A stretch of DNA of 64,000 nucleotides from an uncultured Bdellovibrionales bacterium (lineage in GTDB: Bacteria; Patescibacteriota; Minisyncoccia; Moranbacterales; GWC2-37-73), in contig CAZAFB010000002.1 in assembly GCA_964484505.1 (NCBI GenBank), positions 9,679 through 73,678 on the forward strand, in the 5' to 3' direction. Made by a program: the position numbers and the translations under genes. Under the pieces are notes generated by a model that saw only the letters and a list, made by a program, of their open reading frames with translations, was not told the origin of the DNA and made no database searches. Numbering within the stretch: the first letter of the stretch is position 1; every line of letters begins with the position of its first letter. Positions 13,601-18,200 of this stretch are shown in pieces.

Positions 13601-14330
13601 CACCGATCGCTCCAGCATTGATATCGATTCCATTGATAGTCTCATCAGTATTCAAAACCATCTGCCCTGACTCGTTGACGTAATATGAACTGGATTGGAA
13701 ATTCAAATTGCCGGTTGGATTCAAGGTCAAGGTTGTTGTTGAGTTTATGTCTCCACCGTTCACATTCACATCTCCGCTAACTGTCAAATTACCGGAAGTG
13801 TCAGTTGTCACAATGTGCGCATTAGCGCCACTAGTGGCACTGTCCAACCCATCAAGCAAATCAGAATTGAAAGCATATCCCGAAGCGCCGACTTTTTTTC
13901 TGGGACTCATCTCACTGTCTGATCCAACTTTGATGCCTAAATAATATGTCGAGTTAAAATCAAGATTGATCGCATTGTCACCGGCAACAGTATCACCGAT
14001 CATGATGGAGAAAATTCCATTGGTAACAGTTACAGCTCGCGCTGTCGGACTTCCGACCGTGCCGCGAGCAGTCCAAACGGGAGTGCCGCCACTAGCCGCG
14101 GCATACAAACTAATGACCATATTGTAACTGCCATCAGCAACCGCAACGCCCGAAGAATTTGTTAATTTTCCCTGATAACTAATTTCTTTCGTGATTGCAG
14201 CATGCGCATATTTTGAATAGACATATACGGAAACAATAACCAAAGACAACGACAAAAAACTTGCTACCATCTTTCGCAATCGAATTTTTTTTGCGTATTT
14301 GCTATTGTTTTTTATATTTCTTTCGTTCAT
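1629..14330 (-). CDS. Giant (4233 aa) secreted mosaic fibre/adhesin: tail-fibre-like GxxGIGTTxP repeats, two CBM/LamG-like units, peptidase G2/S74-like intramolecular chaperone, TSP3-like Ca-binding and Ig-like C-terminus
   Basis: Basic leader + TM/AHA signal; N-terminal ISYQGKLTNSSG...VTNGIFSIMIG domain; about 20 G(N)VGIGTTSP motifs; ADYAEFF...GIVSTSP...GQVPAKV...GDSLT...VGVALE motif; DSDGDGLVDEEE..GTNPYSYDTDGD repeat. Confidence 0.85.
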   Translation of the reverse strand: MNERNIKNNSKYAKKIRLRKMVASFLSLSLVIVSVYVYSKYAHAAITKEISYQGKLTNSSGVAVADGSYNMVISLYAAASGGTPVWTARGTVGSPTARAVTVTNGIFSIMIGDTVAGDNAINLDFNSTYYLGIKVGSDSEMSPRKKVGASGYAFNSDLLDGLDSATSGANAHIVTTDTSGNLTVSGDVNVNGGDINSTTTLTLNPTGNLNFQSSSYYVNESGQMVLNTDETINGIDINAGAIGDVTTFSSTYLATGASYVDIIGSAELRMGGTSVLTSARALQNITAATVDNLYLNGTTIGHTSDTDLLNLASNMLTVNGTLDLNGPIDLDVSVNDYAANFYNSNTGAAAGGLFIRSDGTGNLLTLNASGTDVMTISSTQASFNVPTSFTASGDVSMAYDLIFTNQTASNIKTNAPFTIEVGELFESNDLTLRTFNNGDVVLDAAGGVTLMQPQPWMLANGTSALNFQNASGTSILNIDSTNNRVGIGTTSPATRFHISDTSYTFSASGLSFGDGDTGFYESADDTLQVYVAGFNRLNFTSNGIYPSANDTRDLGSDSLRWRDIFSVDGFFSGNVGIGTTSPAEILDVNGRLRLAQTTAPATTTDKLYNVSGALYWNGVNLSGGGALPSGTSGQTLRHNGTSWIANSVLYNNGTNVGIGTTSPAYKFDVEGTIQAQVDNTYAFRIFENSGDNFRGGLGLENNGDAYLNITSDSGVATKISTNGNSYFMGGNFGIGTSNPGAMLAVSKTYSTAVASEQYGAFINTAFGIADTGLKQGLRLNTGSNITSGTVSSVTGVLSLIGNNGSGGTTDYAHALWTRVDSGAGHVTNNAYGLMVNDGSGAGTIGTQYGVYVFDLVKGSTNNFAIYTAGSTKSYFGGNVGIGTTSPARTLDVNGAIRIGGQIYSPGTYAGFFSDGGSALPVKVGSLAITSDYGNSAPTNGLYVQGNVGIGTTSPGKKLDVNGDVILSGLARSLQIGDGSGANLYFNNTSNNIIYGSNQFQFNTNQTQGFTFNGGNVGIGTTNPIAVLEVNKSDSSTSLWGRGEELIIRNSNGTNNTWSGIGFRGTSSGSIAAGISAVYYDTTNAYARLQFGTRGAAGWDSDVLVLNNGLVGINTTSPAEALDVNGRLRLAQTTAPGTVTDKMYNVSGNLYWNGVNLTGGGALPSGTSGQTLRNNGSGWVANSLLYNDGTNIGIGTTNPSKRFQVTDTYNIYIAGSGLGTGANIYSDNTMYLGTSTANSINLETADTTRLTVGSAGDFNFNSGQVFLQQSTGNLGIGTTNPANFKLQIAGNLGPDADNTYNLGSGTYRWANVYATNIAGAITPTGFTQGSVVFAGTGGLLTQNNGSFFWDNLNGRLGIGTSSPSSSLEVANGNITFGANDITSVGNIYAYSNQGSASNANFSFNNDANTGMFSSGDDTLNFSTAGTERLRISASGSVGIGTTNPEGLLNIVGDNTNLGLKVGSTYIDLPTGQRLSNSMIADDLLFYLPMQNSLSSSRGNTDYYTRTDTSSGSSATYTADSGYITHDYVYNNTPRFEKTNIGKGVWVENGRRNLFQYASFEDGGSISGWTNSGLETFTTTTGYKKHQSYSATLGDTNATGGNAYRSHTLTSGQSYPFYCYALNTTSGSVRSAVDSSVVELYANGAIATSYKPVEGGWYKISGTVTGTGGAINYGVNVKASKQIQLDGCQIEADYNTTNGVPYETSLIYNNGTNQRNRGEETLYYYAWRGTGNTESSDFLIDPAKGTVSFWWRPEWPYDKPATDLYLMQVPNVIQIFYSAADDKVYAQMYNGSNWTTVSVSSPAQTFVGGTDHYVSVRWDATSGLVLNFDGIEYVATATSWTAQTQQLATNTLLYVGSKSSAGGRADSLISDFAIFGRSLTKAEVLQIYNDKAPIEDYQRSDLVMLQQSNRTYQRGSIRVSGELYGGSVSTGTLSTSYINTGYVGLNNSSNFSSHIVLHLPFEGTIDGSRKEVGTFQRTDASSGSAVALDENSLKYVSKNANEPRIDRGFDSNNYYYDTGTKTGNFGIYMEESRKNILLNSSFESTPSEWSASSGCSVSQSTGKSLHGTYSGNMTSTAACRVFQTVDLSEVTAGTKHQVSAYVWRNETSYWGADMSSTIASLYARTDDGLTALSTTYTPLGDGWYRLTGEFDSTAANNWDVGVYFPSASRNIYIDGIQVERSAANGSVYFPTTYVPTTTAEITRAGEKLSYPVPASYKSEKGGFSFWFKPQWTRAITSDNTDKYLLYIPNELRVRLDATNDRFSIDHWNGSAWVTTSTTSTTDVTRYGWNHLSCGWYWNYNRCYLNGNSYTSSASWTPQDPTGKTLYIGSDDAGAYQANAQIAGLAVFDAYLTPEQQTQLYYNRGEFEDYYRTDITRLVDSTSSAIQNGSLYLNGTVGMGSGTAALPSLTFTGDKNTGIYNPIADTLGLSTGGTERLRIDSSGNVGIGTTSPQAKLQILGTSGDATTYGIMSFDTDSGLNDVGVKLGAVAGAGSAGYSFIQSKHTGIANDGSLALNPVGGSVGIGTTSSIAKTHIVDTNTNQVGLVIGAPLASNEVTGIGFQGYVAGGNSIKSAIYHQRTGTWGTGDLHFALNGVLDGTNVSMSDVKMTIKNSGNVGIGTTSPGTKIDVVGGAIRTDNQLISTIATGTAPLAVSSTTLVSNLNADLWDGNQFASYLNQAVLTTSSPTFSRVYTTGRSSSWGSTNGIDTGGMNVTMGTGSSATWLISGTSGGTFRAGIQSLDADGTLRIYSNSSFISINGSTISNATWGGNAIADGYVADTITISGGTIGSNNISGTLTTTGALTIGDGGDTIAVNSSSWDVSTAGAFSGVTTIGMSGQLTSTLATGTAPFAVTSTTLNTNLNADLLDGQHGSYYATASSISGTDNYIPRFNGTSALENSNIYDNGTNIGIGTTSPGEKLSVNGNIYTNGTIKVYNGTTQVGELTSTDTTWFRINQNIAKNIYTPQYFRADGGLYVDDTSHGIDGSGLLLNASLSGTYSNALTLSNTSNSYTGSIATIDNIRLDGTNIGHTSDTDLLSLNSNLLTVNGTLTVNGTITGVKNALNTVTSNLGTPTVEEMALFHGQFNNKFRFIPAYSQEESADGSTWTPSTRLSTNNLKDLMIGEGQSTSVNAIPAPSVGGSGYYRLTWDYAAGGTGYISLNALYVYCSTNGNNVNFKIEAYHNTNGWTEITNGTTSNWPGHVYIPHTPIWYSANASQYGQVRITFSIASATYANPFTLYGIEWMGGYPAARRNAEYYDRDKNVTFPAGITAITNLTSNGTLTANGQVVLGDGGDDIAINSNDWDISSAGAISGITTLNMSGQLTSTLATGTAPLAVTSTTLNTNLNADLLDGQHGSYYATASSISGTDNYIPRFNGTSALENSNIYDNGTNIGIGTTSPGEKLDLNNGILKISRASATDNDSPGITNTSDDDFTYNGLYLNHYGFGFHRPTPYAGSESGAYVSGYYGINMFTSGLNRLVIEQDGNVGIGTSDPGYLFDVNGNTNINGNLIISGTVDGYDISTYGAYFIGSAGTSGQVWTSDGTGAGYWAAAGSGMPSGTEGQMLYNNAGTWTAFSTMYWDDTNSRLGIGTTTPGASLDIFGTTNGLRLSYNSSNYANLSTGNTGILTMTSSDTSQSSITLGAGTATDQLVLFDGNTRDFYVGQDDTDDFFKIGSGAAAGSNTYLTINGSGNVGIGVTSPATYKFYVDWNSDGTSPAYVNNSNAWTNGSADYAEFFKTKDHDLAPGEAVCVDTNNSNAVKRCTRAEDPDLMGIVSTSPSVLGNAQPGREFDNNYVIVGMLGQVPAKVSTENGQINPGDSLTAATKPGYVMKANSGDSTVGVALEPIQQGEGIIQVLISRRNKSLTVEKVEEEVSQRIAEMDVEDKVNRIITEAQAQLTQSIASQSTIVADLSSQLNAQVNRITTLESQMELINAQNQAILDFAIALDVQKMIYKDEIGNVDLLDGKITAAEMVAGVFTVKITDPEAKTIGEAVIRANNSNVEIKTKAVTDNSKIFVTAKVAAEYPLAVTQKKPSEGFVVSVKGNVTEDISFDWWIVESKDETEAVPTVKTQTTESFNGPVDSDGDGLVDEEENRLGTNPYSYDTDGDTFLDGDELRYGYNPLEASDGNKGDKISFSNPKFSGEINDNFIIINAAFVENETANVILSATGTVPSNRSITVFVYGSDGQISTAGTIADNNGNWEISLSKDFAGGQYEVYVCQTNTDGTITAKSAAFVLAK
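4134..4322. repeat. Copy 1 of a 189-bp identical intragenic direct repeat (copy 2 at 5583-5771)
   Basis: Base-for-base match at offset 1449, encoding LNTNLNADLLDGQHGSYYATASSISGTDNYIPRFNGTSALENSNIYDNGTNIGIGTTSPGEKL. Confidence 0.9.
5583..5771. repeat. Copy 2 of the 189-bp identical intragenic direct repeat
   Basis: Identical to 4134-4322; the next ~65 bp are similar but diverged, mostly at synonymous positions. Confidence 0.9.
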
Positions 14331-14354
14331 TTTTCCGTTGATGCAAATCCTTTC

Positions 14355-14496
14355 TCTATTTTCGTCTTTCCTAAACCACTCTCTTTTTTTCTATCAAACT
14401 CATTTCCTAGAAAATAGTTACATGGATAAATGAAAATGGTTCAAGAAAATGGAAAGAAGAAACATGAATCATTTTTCTATTTTCGTCTTTCCTAAA
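14355..14496. repeat. 21-bp direct repeat TCTATTTTCGTCTTTCCTAAA (14355-14375 and 14476-14496) upstream of the giant fibre gene
   Basis: Exact duplicate 121 bp apart, with weaker similarity extending ~20 bp further. Confidence 0.8.
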
Positions 14497-14542
14497 ACGA
14501 TTTTCTTTTTTCTGCTTAACAAATTTCTTATTTACTAAAATT

Positions 14543-14983
14543 TCATTCCTTCGGTACAACGTTTATCGATCTTACTTTTTGATTCGTGTCCACATAGATA
14601 TTCAAACTTCCGTCATCATTCTGTTCGATTTGATAGGACCCCTTTATTCCGTTTATTTGCTTACTTTTCTCACTGTTGCGAAAAATCAAAAATCCTCCAA
14701 TCATCAAACCAACCAATAAAATCAAGATTGCCACATAACGCCAAGTCAACCTATTCGCTTTTTCCTTTTCCGTAATTTTTTCCTCAATTATTTCATGTTG
14801 CACTTCAGCTTTGTCCGAGACCCTTTCCAGATATTCCAAAACGTCTTCTCTGGTAACCATCCATTTGCCATCTTTTTTGATCGCTCTGAGACGCTTCTTT
14901 CGTACCAAAAGACCCAGATAATTTGAGTCATATGGGGTCAGCTTTTCAGCCTCTTTAAGTGTGATATATGTCTTTTCCTGCAT
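14543..14983 (-). CDS. Excisionase/MerR-like (HTH_17-type) HTH protein with a single TM helix and small external domain
   Basis: YITLKEAEKLTPYDSNYLGLLVRKKRLRAIKKDGKWMVTREDVLEYL followed by TM YVAILILLVGLMIGGFLIF. Confidence 0.75.
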   Translation of the reverse strand: MQEKTYITLKEAEKLTPYDSNYLGLLVRKKRLRAIKKDGKWMVTREDVLEYLERVSDKAEVQHEIIEEKITEKEKANRLTWRYVAILILLVGLMIGGFLIFRNSEKSKQINGIKGSYQIEQNDDGSLNIYVDTNQKVRSINVVPKE

Positions 14984-15013
14984 TTTGCTTTATAAAAGCC
15001 TTTATTTAATTAA

Positions 15014-15081
15014 ATTCAATACTGATTCAATACCCATTCAATACCATATTGGGTACAATTTTCCATGCTCAAATTATACCA
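15014..15081 (-). promoter_or_regulatory. Extended -10 promoter (TGGTATAAT, 15073-15081) followed by three ATTCAATAC repeats at 11-bp period (15014, 15025, 15036)
   Basis: attcaatac-tg-attcaatac-cc-attcaatac lies between the -10 and the HTH start codon. Confidence 0.65.
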
Positions 15082-15086
15082 AAAAA

Positions 15087-15107
15087 AACGGCTTTTTTAA
15101 AGCCGTT
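15087..15107 (-). terminator. Intrinsic terminator-like hairpin after the LamG gene
   Basis: AACGGCTTT-ttt-AAAGCCGTT with an adjacent A-run (U-tract on minus). Confidence 0.6.
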
Positions 15108-15115
15108 AAACCAAG

Positions 15116-15124
15116 TTATCCACA
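15116..15124. promoter_or_regulatory. Consensus DnaA box TTATCCACA (others at 25564-25572 and 52896-52904)
   Basis: Perfect 9-mer in intergenic DNA ~38 bp upstream of a -10 hexamer. Confidence 0.5.
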
Positions 15125-15203
15125 GTGAGGGAAACGAATCAAAACGAAACAAATTCACGAATTAAAAACGAATAAAATTGCACGAACATGAAAATTCGTG
15201 TCC

Positions 15204-18200
15204 CTAATTACCGAAGCGTAGCGCACTTCCTTCGTTCATGACATTCTTGATTTGTTGGTCAGTAAGGGCATAATTATACACACGCACATCATCAAATTGA
15301 CCTGACGCATTCTGGGTTCCTGATTGAGTGTAGCCAGCAACTGTGATAAATGTTCCCGCTGTACTGTCAGTAAAGGTCAAAGGACTTCCCGTTGGTATTC
15401 CATCCGCATAAGCCTGACAATAGGAAGTCCCTCCAGAAGTCCACCATTTCAATGCAACATGCTTCCATATATTTGCAGAAGGTGCACTTGTTGAAGTGGG
15501 AAAAACAGCCGGATTACCTTTGACGAAACCAATGGTGCTGCCAGCAATACTTATGTAAGTCCTAAAATTAGCATCTGCCCTAAAAATATAATTTCCCACT
15601 CCAGCTGCAGGATTCTTAACCCATAACGCAACAGTTCCGTTTAACGGCGATACTGTCATATTTCTTGTTGCATAATCATCCGTTCCGTCAAAATTTAAAC
15701 TGGAATTGAATTTTCCACTTGTGCCATTACCCCAAGCAGTCCCTGAATTAGTGCATGTCCCCGCAGAAGTCTGCGTCCCACCACTTCCTATGTTTATTGT
15801 TCCATTATTACCATTTCCCGAAGAATCATAGGCTGTACCGCCTTGGCATTCGTCAAACTTCCACCAACCCACCGGTGCGCCACGATTGTAGTCATATGCA
15901 ACTTGCGCAGGTGTGCGGCCGTAATTATAAACCATAACATGGTCTATGGAACCATTGAATTCATCACCCGTAGCATCAGTTACATAACTTTCATAACCGC
16001 CGCCTATTCTGTTTATGCCCCTGTTTGATGAAAATGTAACAGTTCCGGAATTATCCAATTTACCATCCAGATAAAGTGCTACTGCACCACTTGTGTTGTG
16101 GGTTGCAACAATATGATGCCAATTTCCATCATTAACATTGGCAGTGCCGTTAACACTTGCCCAAGCGGAATTATAATGCATATATTGTATTTTTCCTCCA
16201 GTCAAACCAAAACCAAGACCTACCCCATTGGTATTATCCCCAATGACATTTTGCGCCGCATTTCCAGTATACGTTTTTGTACTATCGGAACTTGTGGACT
16301 TAACCCAGGCTTCCAAAGTAATTCCAGAGGAACCAAGATCGAATCTTGAGATACTTGCATAGTCATCAGTTCCATCAAAATTCGCTGCCGATCCTTTTTT
16401 GCCAACCACCCAAGTCGGACCGTTTGTTAGTGTTGCATTTCTGCCTCCAGAGCCGGTATCACTAACTGTTGTCCCGTTTTTTTCGTCAAACTTCCATTCC
16501 CCAACCGGCGCACTGCAAGATGTTGAGTCACCGGGCACGCAATATTCGGCATTTGCACTGCCATCACCAACGCCCCCAGCGCTCATTCCAGCAAATGACA
16601 TTACCGCAGATTTTCCTTGATTATAATCGGCTTCAACTTCTTCTTCGGAAAGCGCGGCATTGTAAATTTTCAGTTCATCAATAATTCCATCGAACGCATA
16701 TGTTCCTATTGAACCGGAGTATAAGTTATTATCATGAGAATAAATCGAAGCAGTGAAAGTGGTTGCATTTTTAAGAACACCATCAATATATATTTTCATC
16801 AATCTGTTATCATAAACTCCGACAACATGGTGCCAATCGGTCCAATTTGAAATAGCGCCACCATTAAGTATTTTTCCACTAGTCCAACAATCTGTTGCTG
16901 CAATATTGAAAGAAAAGCTATTGTTTGAATTTGCAACCAACCCACTATGACATCCTGATCTACCTAAAATAACACGCTCACCTCCAGCTTGGACACCATC
17001 CGGCTTCACCCAAGCGGAAATAGTAAACCTTCCGCTTTCACTTCCGTTTTTTAAAATGGCATTATCGGAAGAATTATATACATAATCATCGCTTCCATCA
17101 AAATGAACGGCCTTATTAAATTTGCCGGAATTTTCCCACTGTGGTGTTGCCGTGCTTGTTGCCAAGGAAAGATTCATGGAACTTCCTTTGAAGCCCACGT
17201 TATTTGCAGTAGTTCCGCTCCCTTCATCAAATTTCCAATATGCCAAAGGCTCCACTGTGCCACCACCTGAATCCGCATCGCTTCCGCCACCGCTCATATC
17301 TTCAACAATCTGGTCTGTCGTGCGGGCATAATTGTAAATTTTCACATCGTCAATCATTCCAGCATAAGTATCCAAATCGCCAGAATTTCTTCCTAGACGC
17401 AAAGGATTAACATCATCCGTCTTAAGGACTCCAACATCGGATGCGCTGCCTTTTAGAACTCCATTAACATATATATAGGCTTTTGTACCATCATACACGC
17501 CAGCAAAATGATACCAATCGCCGGCAACGATGTCTCCCGCCGTACCTCCTGCATTAGCCCATGCTCCTCCGCTTTTAGAATAATAAAATCTAGGCAAACC
17601 ATTAGCTTCCACAACTATCCAATATGCGCCACTGCTGCCATCCCCCTTTCCTACAATATGCGGCCTGTCCGAAAGAGAATCAAACTTTGCCCAAGCTTCC
17701 ACAGTCACATAGGCAGGATTAAGCATGGCTGTATTATTAACATTTACGTAATCACTGGTTCCTGCAAATTTCACGGCGCTCCCATATTTTCCTTGCGTCC
17801 ATGTCGGCGAGTTTACCATATTTCCATTTATGCCATTGCCGCTGAAATCACTTGCGGAAGTTCCTGCATTTTCATCCAATTTATAATGTAAAACCGGGCC
17901 CGGTGCCCAATCATAGAGTTTGCGGACTTCTTCCGGCGAAAGCGCGCGATTGTATGTTCGTGCTTCATCTATTTTCCCGTTGAAATAATATGATTCGTTG
18001 GGGCTGTTGCCTATTTGAAAATTATCAGAAGTGCTTGTCCAATTAACACTAGTGTTTGTAGAATTTGCTTGCTGCTGTCCATTGACATATATTTTGGCAT
18101 TCTTGGTTATTCCATCATAAACAGCCACCACATGGAACCAATCGCTCGTATTTAAAAGCGAGGGAGTTGCCGCAGTAAGCTGATTGGAGTTTAAACGAAA

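Noticed and set aside
1629-14330. Prophage tail gene interpretation
   Set aside because: It has a signal/TM N-terminus and sits among cell-surface genes; no terminase, portal, capsid or baseplate genes are in the window.
15014-15200. CRISPR array
   Set aside because: Repeat units are 5-9 bp with no spacer-sized unique segments, and no cas genes are present. The same applies to the other short arrays.
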